Assembly: GCA_009103225.1 (NCBI GenBank) | Contig: RHPI01001037.1 | Coordinates: 124,001-188,000, forward strand | Reading direction: 5' to 3' | Source of the DNA: Chlorokybus atmophyticus | Taxonomy: Eukaryota; Plantae; Mesostigma and Chlorokybus algae | DNA length: 64,000 nt | Shown: positions 1 through 11,060 of the stretch, piece after piece | Numbering within the stretch: the first letter of the stretch is position 1 | Layout: the number at the start of each line of letters is the position of its first letter | The notes under the pieces: generated by a model | Databases searched by the model: none | The model's input: the letters and a program-made list of their open reading frames with translations, nothing else | Told to the model about the DNA's origin: nothing | Made by a program: the position numbers and the translations under genes

Positions 1-267
1 ATTTTACAAGTGCAACTGAATCCCTCGTATTTATGGTGTCGGGCTGGGTGTCCTCGAGGGAAAAGTGGACTCGAGCAGGCTGTCCAGGGTGTAGGCTGTA
101 AGGTCGTTGTGACACCGATGGTGCTTAAGGGTGACAATATCTGCAAGTCGAGGGCGAAAGTAGACCTGCCCTACTGTGAAACATAAAGCCAGAGCACCAT
201 GGAGTGCTGCATGCGGTAGTGTGAGGTAGCTATGTGCCCGTAACTAGTGTACATGCCCATATGCCCA

Positions 268-864
268 AGTTAACAAGCCACTACTAGAGGTAGTGCTGTA
301 TCTCACAGACTTTACCTGAGCGGATGGATATTCTAACGGATAAGTGAGGTGAACGAACACGCAATCACGTGGATGCTATGCTCTGATTAAGGCTGTAAAC
401 ACATTGCGGCAAGGCATGAAGTATCTCACAAGCGATGCAAGGCGATGTGCACACGAACATGCACACTTTCTCACATGATCAGGGTTTTTTGACAACCGGG
501 GCGGCAAGTCCACAGCTCAGTCGTCACTCTCTGTATCTCTATTCTAGAGTTTTCACTCACAGTGTCACCAAGTCATCAGTAAAGCAAACTGCTACTTACA
601 CAAGGCTATTGAGTCAAGGCACATCTATCCAGCAATAGTTCCAACAATGGTAACGGCTATTGACATGACATGGACAAAGCAATATGTCAAGTCTCAATTT
701 AGCCGAATTGACTTTTAACTGGTCATCGATTGTGAGTTACCTACAAGTGGTGTACTATGGAGCAGTGCCATTGGGTACCTACGAGTCATAGCTACAGCAT
801 ACGCCAGTAGCCAGGGCAGCGCGTCGGCTGTAGTCATACACGAAGGAGTGGAGCAGTCGTGACA
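268..864 (-). repeat. ~595-bp LTR-like repeat, copy 1 (probable solo LTR inserted in the RT coding region)
   Basis: Clearly alignable by eye to 16722-17316 along its length. Both copies begin TGTCA on the minus strand and end ...cttgttaact. It interrupts the RT frame right after KKALAE. No clean TSD found. Confidence 0.7.
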
Positions 865-1352
865 TTCAGCAAGAGCTTTTTTGTTGACATTGATGACATG
901 CTGACTTCTCCATGAGTCTTGCCTCCACAAGTCTTTGCAGCGCTGGTCCATCAAGTCTTCCTCCCAGCTTGGAAGGCTTGTACCGGCGCCGAAACACGGG
1001 CTCATCGTCAACCAGCTCAATGTCCATCTAGTACACCGAGCACTTGCCCAGTTCCTTGAGGTAAAAACTGAATTGTTGTCTCCACTTGTTCGGCAGAGTC
1101 TCTACCTTCTCCTTGATGTCTCCTGTAGCCAGCGGTCCCATGGCGTGGTCGCAAGATGTTGCTGTAGCTGTGACAGGCAACTTCTTGGAGAAGATAGTCT
1201 TCCAGCGTAACTGCCGCCTGTTCCTCCATGAAGGCTGTCTTCATGGCAGTGTAGGCTTGAACGGTGTTCTGTGGGCGATCAGCATACCCTTCAGACATGT
1301 GCTTCAAATCCGCGAAGGTCACATGTCTGTCCAAGGTCAATAAATGCATCTC

Positions 1353-2310
1353 CAGAAGCCACACCATGCTGTTTTGGTCTATGGCCAAGCCCAGCAAGAC
1401 ACGTTGTTGTCGCTTTGTGAGTGCGCAACCGGTTATGCTACCTGCGTGGAAGCCCATGGCACGCTCGCGTTCCGGAGCATTGGGTTCATCCAATCTGCCA
1501 ATGATGCTGTCGAAGACCATGCCGTCGCCGTTATCGCGGAAGGCATAGGAAGCAGGTTAAGAAACCAGGATCAGTACTGCGCGACGAGGCTGGTCAGATT
1601 AATTGCAGGGTAGAAGTGCTTGTGGTCAGGCTTGATGATCGGTTCAAATGTGCGACCGGGGTCGAGGATGTTATCGACCAACAAGTTGTTGGGTCGTGTG
1701 GCCGAACAGTGGGCCGCCAGACTGAGTTCTTCCATGGTGGCCAGATTGGTCCACATTGGCTCGAACGCAATGGGCGCGTGAGCCATGGCGTGCGGTGTTT
1801 ACCCTTATGGGTGGCCCAAGATGGAACAGACTATACGGAAGTCTTGCTTCTCATTGCCTCGCCTATCGTCGCCAAAGTGCACATTCTCCACGACGTGGAC
1901 TAGAGGCCTGCAAATTTGGTGGTGCTGCAGCAGGTGTATGACTCGCATGAATTCCCAAATTAGACTGGAGCGGGGGTTCTGTAAGCCGCGTTCGGTACCA
2001 GCGCGCGAGTGTCCTTGGCACTCCCAGCCTGTAATGAGGAGGTCCACGTTACCCAGGGCCAGCAGATGGTCTTTTAACATCAGCCAAATGTCTTGCGGCA
2101 GAGCCTTCAGACTGCCGTGCAGAGCTAAATAAGGAAGCTGCTGTGGGTAGCGCTCATGCAACTGTCGTAAGCGATGGCGCACACACAACGGTTTGCGTGA
2201 CATGGTCAGGGTCACAGTAGTAGAAATGTTTGACCTCAACACCGGTGTACAGCACAGCTGCTAAACGGCTGCCGACTCCTCTGAAAAGCTCAACGAGTGT
2301 GATGCCTTGT
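1353..2310 (-). pseudogene. Retrotransposon-borne C5 cytosine methyltransferase (DNA_methylase fold), frameshifted
   Basis: Motif I LVELFRGVG, motif IV DLLITGWECQGHSRAG (catalytic Cys kept), motif VI HVVENV, degenerate motif VIII ..WTNL, motif IX ERERAMGF, motif X LLGLAIDQNSMVWLL. These are spread over ORFs 2154-2444, 1805-2242, 1571-1786 and 1017-1520. Confidence 0.85.
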
Positions 2311-3354
2311 TGCCGGCGAAAGGTGTGAAACTCCATCGCGCCGGTAACCACAGCGAAATACTCAAGAATTGCGTCGGGTGCCACGATAGGTGGTGCTCGC
2401 GAGGGTGCGTGGTGTTGTTGGAGCATCTGATACGCTGTGACCAATGCATTGTTACATCGCTATGTTGGATCACGCAAGGCCACCTTTAAGGTGGCTTCGG
2501 CGTCAGCTCATCATAGGACACGCGACCGGTGCCGGTGAGACCCACTGCGGCCATGCGTCGCTGCGGCCATGAGGTGAGCACAAAGTCAACAGGCAAGTCG
2601 CCTTTAACGTTGCCCGCGCCGCTGCACTAATGCGGCCAAAAACAGTCTTCCTCCGTTCACCTGTTAGCGCCAATGCCGACAATGAAACTGAAGTCCTGCC
2701 CAAAGATGAGGTGGTAGTCACGGGAGTCAGTGATCACTGTTGAGGATATTCCTACATCTAGGTCAATAGGTCAGTCGGTGAGCTTGCCCACCATATAGGA
2801 GTAGCCGCCAGAAGGTTCAAGGCAAAGACTTGAGAAGGTCCAGGCGCGGCTAGAAGAATGATGACAACTTAGTGGCTACTTTACTATATGGCACGTATAG
2901 CGACTGGTTGAAAAGCTCCGGAAGCTAGCTACGTGGCGCAACTTGGAGCGCAGGTTATGGTTGAGTGTGCTAAATGCAGTAGCTTCTAGAGTAAACGCAA
3001 GTGTAGCTGGCGGGTATAAAATCCGTGGATATGACGGCAAAAGATGTTCTTGTACGGTCTCCTGACGCTAGCATGTGGCGTGCACTTGTGCATGTGTATG
3101 ACTCTCATTGTCTATCTCAACAACCACCACACGCTGCGCGTACTCCGTGGTGTGAACGCGGCAAGGCTGACCAGCGTGATGGCGTTGCAAAATGTTTCCC
3201 CTGTCGGCCAATTAAATATTGGCAACGGCCGTGCACCTGAAGAAACCCATTTACACTGTCGTGGCTCAGTCCACATGCAATCTTAATACAGGGACCTAAG
3301 GATAACTTCCATTACTATCAGGCCCTACTCGTTACAATTCACTCTCTAACAGTT

Positions 3355-3562
3355 GGGTATGCCTAATAAACAGGCACCTGTCATGTACTTATCAGACCTT
3401 AACAGGTGACTATACCTAATTAACGGGCACATATAAGTTACCCATCAAGCCTTAACATGTGACTATACCTAAATAACATGCATCTACAAGTTACACATTA
3501 GTCTAACTCAGGTGACTCAGCTATAAAACAGGCACATGTAGGTTACACACCAATCCAGCACA
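3355..3562. repeat. Degenerate tandem repeat, ~52-53-bp unit, about 4 copies
   Basis: Units such as ggtgactatacctaattaacgggcacatataagttacccatcaagccttaaca (3405-3457), tgtgactatacctaaataacatgcatctacaagttacacattagtctaactca (3458-3510) and ggtgactcagctataaaacaggcacatgtaggttacacacc (from 3511). Confidence 0.75.
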
Positions 3563-3955
3563 GGCGACTGAGCCCAAGTAACAAGCACCAACTAGGTAAT
3601 TGTCGTCAAGATAAGGCATTCTTCAAGCAACTGAAGGTGACTGATGCCTAACTATCGTTATATGTATTTGCATAGCATGACTACACGCGACTGTCACTGA
3701 CTACTAGCATCGTTATGTGCATATGCTGTGTACAGGTACCTGAGGTGTGTACAGTGTCTCTCAGTCACTTGCCAAGGCTTGTAGTTTGATTATGTGACTT
3801 GCGTTGCCTGCAGTTCTGCTGTATGTTATAGGGATGCAAGTTGTTACATACATGAGCATAATGACAATTGACGGAGCTGGTTTGAGATGCACAACATTAA
3901 GTCATAAGAGCCTTGCGGTTGTATACACTACCAGCTACACGGACTACCAACTGCG

Positions 3956-5255
3956 CTACAGCTCCTCTCCATCATCGCCTTGCACGTCATCATGAAACAA
4001 AGCACCACGCGCTGGTGAACGTAGAGAAGACACCAGAGCTTGCTCTTCCTCCTCCTCAAACAGTTGCGCCAGCCAATCAAATGCCGCTTCTGCCTCAGCA
4101 AGCGGTTCACGAGCTGCTGTCTCTTGCGGCCGGCGCCAATTGGGATCTTTTAGGTGTTCGACACAAGATGCAGTGCGGCGTTTCACAAGGGTGAATGGCT
4201 GGAAGGCTGCGTACCGTTGCCTCATCTCCCGCTTCATTGACATAATCATGGTGTTGATGTTGCTGAGGTACTCTTCATGTGTGTCGATGCTGGCAGATGA
4301 GAGAGGGCCATCCTTGCCCTTAAGGATGCGCTCCACCTGCGTAGTTTACAAGCATGTCTTTGTGGCATTAAAAGCCACTATTTACTGCAGAGCGTCTGCA
4401 AGCCTGTAGTTTGGGGCTACAACATTTCTGAAATGCTAGTGATTCAGTTTTGAGTGCTCACCGTAAGAAATATGTATGCGAGGTAGTACTGTCAATTGCC
4501 GGCCACCAGGTGTAGTGACCGCATAAGACCAGCATTGCATGATCATTTGCCCATTATGGGATTGCCCCGTTTATGGATGTATCTCTTCCGCTCCGGGTCT
4601 GCATTGCCGGTTACCTCAAATTTCCGCCATGACTTGCCTGCGAGAGTCCTACCAACAAGGCATTAATCACAATATAGATAGTTCAAGTTGAGCCTGCACT
4701 AGGCTAGAATAGTGCCTGTGACTTACATTGGAGCACGTTGCCTGTCTGGGCTTTTTGGGTCTCAAGGTTCATTGGGGCGTCAATGTGCCTAATTGAATCG
4801 GTTACAATAGATGAGATGCGTACGTTTGTATGGAGGTTGAGTAAAAAAGCAGTGTTGCATAGCATGGTGGTGAGGGTCGCAACTCACTTGTGCTTGTTGA
4901 TGTTAAACAGTGTCCATTTGTACTCCTTCTCAAAAATATACTTAATCTTAGTGGCAGACCGGACATGCGTAGCTCTCTTCAAGCGATACTTCAGTGGAAG
5001 GGGCACTCCTTCGGCGTCCAGCACACCTCATAAAATTTGGCCGCATCGGCCTCGTCGTCATGGTCGAAGCCAACTACGTGTCACGGGCAGGTTGGTCAAT
5101 GTCACGGTGCAATGACGTCATAGAGCATTTACAGCACTTGACACATGACGTTACGAATAGCGTCCTCCTTGGGGAAAAAGTGGCTCTCTATTTAGTGGCC
5201 GTTTATGATTTCAACGACGGCATCTCGCACATGCTGTCCATAGAAGAACAATCCG
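3956..5255 (-). pseudogene. Degraded coding remnant of unknown family (possibly a transposase)
   Basis: Protein-like ORF 3956-4336 (EYLSNINTMIMSMKREMRQRYAAFQPF..) plus a stop-interrupted upstream frame (GLFFYGQHVRDAVVEIING..; LKYRLKRATHVRSATKIKYIFEKEYKW). No diagnostic motif recognised. Confidence 0.35.
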
Positions 5256-5267
5256 TTACACACGGTG

Positions 5268-5346
5268 TGTAACGGGAAGGTACATTATATAACCACAAAT
5301 CAACCATAAAAGCACTAAGTCTTTTGTGGTGGAGTGCGCTGTGACA
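5268..5346 (+). repeat. Extra 79-bp LTR of TRIM family 1
   Basis: TGTAACGGG...GTGACA, followed by a PBS-like ttggtattggag and then the next LTR at 5368. Confidence 0.85.
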
Positions 5347-5367
5347 TTGGTATTGGAGAGTAACCAA

Positions 5368-5898
5368 TGTAATGGGAAGGTACATTATATAACCACAAAT
5401 CGACTATAAAAGCACCAAGTCTTTTATGGTCGAGTGGGCTGTGACATTGGTCAACGGATTTTGAGACCCGGGTTCAATTCCTGCCTTGCACACGAATTCC
5501 GCGGTCGTTGTTTCTCGATCCAATAACATAACATCGTAAATGGTCAATTTATAAGTGCCATCATTGATAGGTCGCGACTTGCTTAATGGCAATCACGTCG
5601 GACTGACCAGTTCAGTCGGCGCGGCAGGACGCGACCTGCCCGTAGCGATGCGACCTGTGGGGCCGGCAGCGGTGCGCTTTTTGCGCGTTTACCGGTACGG
5701 GCCTAAAATAGCCGGTCCTTGGTCGTGGGGCTAGTGACCGACCCTAACAAACCCCTGGGATAATTCCCCAACTGAGCGTGGCAGCTGCCGAGGACGTCAG
5801 CATTTTTAGTGGGGGGGAATGTAACGGGAAGGTACATTATATAACCACAAATCGACCATAAAAGCACCAAGTATTTTATGGTCGAGTGGGTTGTGACA
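5368..5898 (+). mobile_element. TRIM family 1 (miniature LTR retrotransposon), complete copy
   Basis: 79-bp LTRs at 5368-5446 and 5820-5898 with TG..CA ends. PBS-like ttggtcaacgga at 5447. Polypurine tract gtgggggggaa immediately before the 3' LTR. 373-bp non-coding internal region. A partial internal region follows at 5899-6104. Confidence 0.9.
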
Positions 5899-6104
5899 TT
5901 GGTCATCGGAGCTTGAGAACCGGGTTTGAAGCCGGCCTTGCACACGAATTCCGCGGTCGTTGTTTCTCGATCCAATAACATCGTAAATGGTCAATTTATA
6001 AGTGCCATCATCGATGGGTCGTGACTTGCCTAATAACAGTCGCGTCAGACTAACCAGTTCATTCGGCGCGGCAGGACGCGACCTGCCTGTAGCGATGCGA
6101 CAAT

Positions 6105-6638
6105 TGTCACAGCCCACTCGACCACAAAAGACTTGGTGCTTTTATGGTCGATATGTGGTAATTCAATGTACCTTCCCATTACATTCCCCCCCCCCCACTT
6201 AAGAACGCTAACGTCCTCAGCTGGCTCCCATTAATTGGGGAATCATCCCAGGGGTTTTTGCTAGGGTCGGTCGCCGGCCCCACGGGCAAGGACCGGCTAA
6301 ATTAGGCCCATACCGATCAACGCGCGCACATCGCGCCGCTGCCGGCCCCACAGATCGCGTCGCCGCAATAGGCAGGTCGCGCCCTGCCGAGCCAACTCAA
6401 CTGGTCAGTTCGGCGCGATTGCCATTAAGCAAGTTGCGACCCATCAATGATGGCACTTATGAAGTGACCATTTACGATGTTATTGGATTGAGAAATAATG
6501 ACCACGGAATTTGTGTGCCAGGCAGGCTTCGAACCCGGGTCTCAAGCTCCGATGACCAATGTCACAGCCCACTCAACCATAAAAGACTTGGTGCTTTTAT
6601 GGTCGATTTGTGGTTATATAATGTGCCTTCCCATTACA
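6105..6638 (-). mobile_element. TRIM family 1, complete inverted copy
   Basis: 79-bp LTRs at 6560-6638 and 6105-6183. On the minus strand: PBS ttggtcatcggagc, G11 polypurine tract, 376-bp internal region. Confidence 0.9.
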
Positions 6639-9600
6639 CGATGTCACAATGTCACACAGTGCTTACCTTGTTGCCAATCTTCCACTTGCTTGGGGAAGGG
6701 TTGCCAACGGTCGAGGTTGCTACGTCACGGCCAAATGCGTTTGGGTTGGGGGTTCCAATCGACTCTCTGCAAGCACAACCACGTGAGTCATGCTGCTAGC
6801 CATAAAAGATGCAACCCTCACAGTTGAGCGAGAAGCAACGTGCACAGTGCATCTAAAACGCATGCAATAAGTCACTGTGCCAGTCACGAAAGAAGCAAGC
6901 ATAAAAGTTTGAAGTTGAGCAAAAAGCAACGTGCACAGGGCATTAAGAACGCATGCATTCCAGCTTGCCCTTGCGACTGAAGTGTCAGGTGGAGTTGTTG
7001 TGATGGGCTGGGCATTAGCGCGGGGTCTTGCTGCGATTGGTTGCCAAGAGTGGTTGCTGCTGGTTGGCAACGGTCGCCTGGTTGAACATTAGGGGCAATG
7101 TGAACTTGGGGCGCCGACCTCCACAACGAGGTGCACCTACAGATGGACCACGAGGCATCTCTCTAACTCATAGTCGAGTGCCGCCTGCTTAGCTAATGGA
7201 GTCGCTGCCGCCTCCAACGCTGCCGCCGCCAGTTGGCCCGCACAAATATACGAGGCGCAAAATCGAAAATGAGGCGGTTTTTAACGTCTAGTGCCCCACA
7301 CTAAAGTCGCACTTATAGTGCGTCCTTATCTCCTATGGTTGATGGTACGACCTATGCATTCGTACCATCCATGCTTCGTACAACCATCGGTAACAATGTC
7401 TGTGACGTAACAATTATGGTACGACAGAGGCATCTCTCGTCCAACCCCAGCCATTCGCGTACAATGGCTCGGTCGTACCATCTGTGATACATTAGAGGCA
7501 TTGCTCGACCAGCGCTAATGGGAGTTAGTGTGCACTCACTTAAACAGCTTCATTGATGGCCTAATGATGGCACGCATGGGCATAAGGTCAATGACGGGGC
7601 GAATGTCAGGCATGGTGGACCTAAGTTTGACTACGAGGCGGAGGACCGAGAGGAGTAGGAGGCGGCGGCGGCGGCGGTGTGGCACATCTTGCGAGAAGTT
7701 GTGGTCAAGAGCTCAAGGAGCGAAGCCAGCAAATACCGAGCGCCACGTCATAAATCATAGCAGGCGTCAGCAATGGGGCTGTCCAACATGCATCACCAAC
7801 ATTGGACAAACCAGCAGGCAAGCCATCAGTGACCATCGTCACACAGAGAGCTGCTTGGTGGCTCGCTTTCTGCAATAAAGAGTGAATTAGGAGCTGCAGT
7901 CTTGAGAGTCCCTTGCCAGAACCATGCGGGACCAATTGCGATTGCGGGAACAAGCACAAAGGAAGGCAGAGTTACGCTCAACAGTCACATGCATCTCCTT
8001 GCAAGAGCAGTTTGCTTTTTGACGCAGTCCATGTGATACATATAGTGTGGCTGCAGGCCTCCACTATTCACCCATACCCACCCCACAGTCAAGCCGACAT
8101 TGCGGAAGCCAGAGCAGATAGACAGCTGGGCGGCGGTATGTTGTTGCCAATCTCGCTGTGCATGTTGACTGCATGCACCTCTTTTGCATGCTAGGATGTG
8201 CGCGAGCGTGCGAAGTCGCGCGCTCGTGCCGAATGAAGTAGGCTGGGTTTGAGCATAGGAGCGCGTGGCCATTCAACCGGCATTCAACTAGTAGTGCATC
8301 ATCAGCAATCACGCAGTCCATGCAATCATTCGTGCATTAACCAGCAATGACGCAGGTAACTGTTCGAAGCAATCAACTGACGACTGTGTGACGCAGTTGA
8401 CTATTGCAATTGCATTGTCGCAAGCATGTAGCTAACCCATATATGATTGGTTGACAACACCACAGTGCATGAGGTCCTGTTGGAGCTTCTATGCAAGCCC
8501 TGATTCAATCCCATCAACTGGTCCTACAATCCCACTTGGTAATGGGCGCTGCGGCAATGCGGCATTTAACATGCATATTGGCCTGTTAAATCCCGACACG
8601 TCCATTGGGGCAGTGGCGCATCCTGTGCCCATGGCTCACGAGCTCCGTGACGCAACTGCGATTGAGGGTGGCGGGGAGAGTGCACCCAATACCACCTTGT
8701 CAGCCCCCATGGCTTCCCCTGCTCCATGCAGCCCACGGGCCATTGAGGTAAGTTGCTGTCTTTTATAATTGGGCCTTGGTAACAATGCGTCAGGCACATG
8801 CATATGCTTATATTCGTCCTTTGCAACATTGTGAGCCATCATATCCTGGGTCCTACATACAGCCCCCCTTGCTGAATGCACAAGTAGTCTCACCTGCCGC
8901 ACCTGCTCCCCTCGCAGCAAGAGGGCATTCACCTTCCGCGGCACTAAGCCTTCACGTGCACTGCGGTCTCCTCCACGAGCAGCATCGGTGACTGCGGGGC
9001 AGCAATTCTTCTTGCCGCAACCGGCGAGACCACAGCATGATGCAACAACCGATGTGGCTTCTGCACCTACCTTACCCCACCCGCTGCAAGTTGAAGCCGG
9101 CAGTCGGCCCCAAGCTCAGGTACTATATTAGTCACTGTGACTCTTGCCGTAAACAGTTGGACACACCATTTGAGTGATGTGTGCGCATGCAGCAGGGGTC
9201 ACCACCTGCCAGCGAGTCATATAAGGAGCAGGCCGCAACCTGTGTACAGCTTACAGATTGGCTGCGTGACCGTGTCTAGCGCGAGCATAGGGAGTGGGTG
9301 CCACGGCCCGGCAGCGCAGTTTGGGTTGGAAATAAAAAGCCCCCAACTCAATCCTGGTGGTGGGCAACACCGCTCCTGATGAGCTAGAAGCACACTTTTT
9401 GCTCCTCAAGCCTAAAAGCACCGAACAATGGTCGTGGCCTATGCATGAATTGCCACCGGAGGTTACAGACCTGATTGGAGAGTTGCGGAATGGCGTTGCC
9501 AATCCCCCACTACCACTAGCTGCTTCCCACGGTGCTGTGCCAACGCCTCAAGCCTTCGTGTGCTAGGCAAGAAGTAGCGAATTGTTTTGCTCATCTTGCC

Positions 9601-10129
9601 TCCCCTCAACCACATCCACATGCTCGCAATAACAATTTAGCACCCTCCCTTCCTGCCGCGGAGACTTACTTGCCACCGCACTCTGACCATCCGGAGGCAT
9701 CTTTATTACGAAGCAGCAGTAGCTTGCCATCTCCCTCTAAGCTTGCCACATTAATCCTAGCCTATTTTGTTGGTAAAGAGATTGATCGAGGTATCCTGAA
9801 ACTGGCGCCAAGAATAAAAGCTGCATGCTCGACCTTATGGCGCAACATGAGATCATGGAGGATCGGGAGGCAATCAACAAGCGCAAGGCTGTGGAGCAAG
9901 AAGATAACGCCTGACCTCCTCTGAGTGACAGTGCCGGAGAGCGCCTGCTAGGATGTGTAGGCCGACCACAAACAAAAGAAGAAGGTTGTTGGAACAAGGC
10001 ACGCTGATAGGACCCAAAAAGCAGAGGTGAGACATCGTCATGATGTAGTTAAAAGAAGCACATCGCCTTGAAGCCTCACTTGGACTGATTGTGTGTCCTG
10101 AGTAGGCACATGCGAGTTTACAGCGTCAT

Positions 10130-11060
10130 GTGGCTGCTCAGCATCGTCTAGAGAGACAGCCGGTGCGGCATGAGATGCCCAAGCTCAAACCACCGACGCG
10201 CAGACGCTTTGAGGGGCTGACTAGTAGTGCAAAGGAGTTAATCGCCCTCCAATACGCTCAAGATGCGCATCACCGCATGCGGCATGCCTTAAGGTGGGTA
10301 ACGAAAGTATGCAATGAGTGGGAGCAAACGCGGAGAGTGCGGTTTAAACAGACCTCTGGGGATTGGCCATGGTTGGAACCAAAACACGACATGACCATCC
10401 GTAGTACGCTATTGCCCTTCGCCAACCTTGATATAATGGTGTTGTTGCTGCCGCAGCAATCCGGCAATGTGCAAAAGCTATCCGCGGAGCAGAATGTCGA
10501 CCTGCTGCAACAGATGTACCTGTTGATGTCGACTAATGCGGATCGAGATTTGTGCCACTATTTGAGCAAAGATACCGGGTGGCAACTAAAACCATTCGAG
10601 ATGTACTTGGCATGCTTTGGCTGGCAGTGGCTGTGTGTCATACGGCACGTTGAGCTGATTGTGTGAAAGCTCGACGAAGATGATAATGCGGGCGAGTACA
10701 CGAGTTGACGGCAGCCATGTCGAGGGCTTGGATGAACGCATGCTGAACGAGACCATCAAGACTAGCAAATGGTGTATGGATGAACGCATGCTGAACGAGA
10801 CCATCAAGACTAGCATATGGTGGCGGCAGATGGGCGTCAGATGATTGAGCAGGCAGTAGAGCGTTATGTTGCACCATTGAGATGGGAGTCGCTGCGCCTG
10901 CAACGCGATAACAGAGTTTGGTGGCAGAAGCAGCTTGCACACCCGCGTGCACCATGTGTGCTGAATTGTCGCATTGAAGAGCTATTGATGGCTCCGCCAA
11001 GCTATGCCCTTACATGGCGGTGATGGTGAGGGTATGTGGCGTTTGGTGGATCGTTGGCGG
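10130..11060 (+). pseudogene. Degraded hAT-like transposase C-terminus
   Basis: Protein-like ORF 10130-10666 continues through stops and frameshifts to VWWQKQLAHPRAPCVLNCRIEELLMAPPSYA (from ~10916). This resembles the hAT dimerisation motif WW..P.L..A..LL..P.S. Coding-like decayed sequence extends from ~7540 to 11945. Confidence 0.45.
10731..10826 (+). repeat. 48-bp tandem duplication
   Basis: gatgaacgcatgctgaacgagaccatcaagactagca(a/t)atggtg occurs at 10731 and 10779. The duplication is in frame (DERMLNETIKTS x2). Confidence 0.95.

Larger units (their letters stand above)
1..2940 (-). mobile_element. Degenerate Ty3/Gypsy pol region: aspartic protease - C5 DNA methyltransferase - reverse transcriptase (N-terminal part)
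   Basis: Manual minus-strand translation with stops and frameshifts. Protease ~2940-2630: LASGAFQPV (catalytic D lost) ... VITDSRDYHLIFGQDF. DNMT motifs 2310-1353. RT start ~1120-865: MDIELVDDEPVFRRRYKPS..DQRCKDLVEARLMEKS..VINVNKK. A weak RT-like continuation lies left of the inserted LTR (YRM..LW..TFALDL..TAY). Confidence 0.8.

Noticed and set aside
5420-5495. Functional tRNA gene (also at 32798-32880 and 32984-33065)
   Set aside because: A and B boxes are present but there is no acceptor stem or anticodon stem-loop, and the LTR/PBS junction falls in the middle.
5268-6638. CRISPR-like array or simple tandem repeat
   Set aside because: The repeats are 79-bp TG..CA LTRs with PBS and PPT, the spacers are homologous to each other, there are no cas genes, and the context is eukaryotic.
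7299-7320. CACTA transposon terminus (cactaaag...tagtg)
   Set aside because: No matching distant TIR or 3-bp TSD could be identified.
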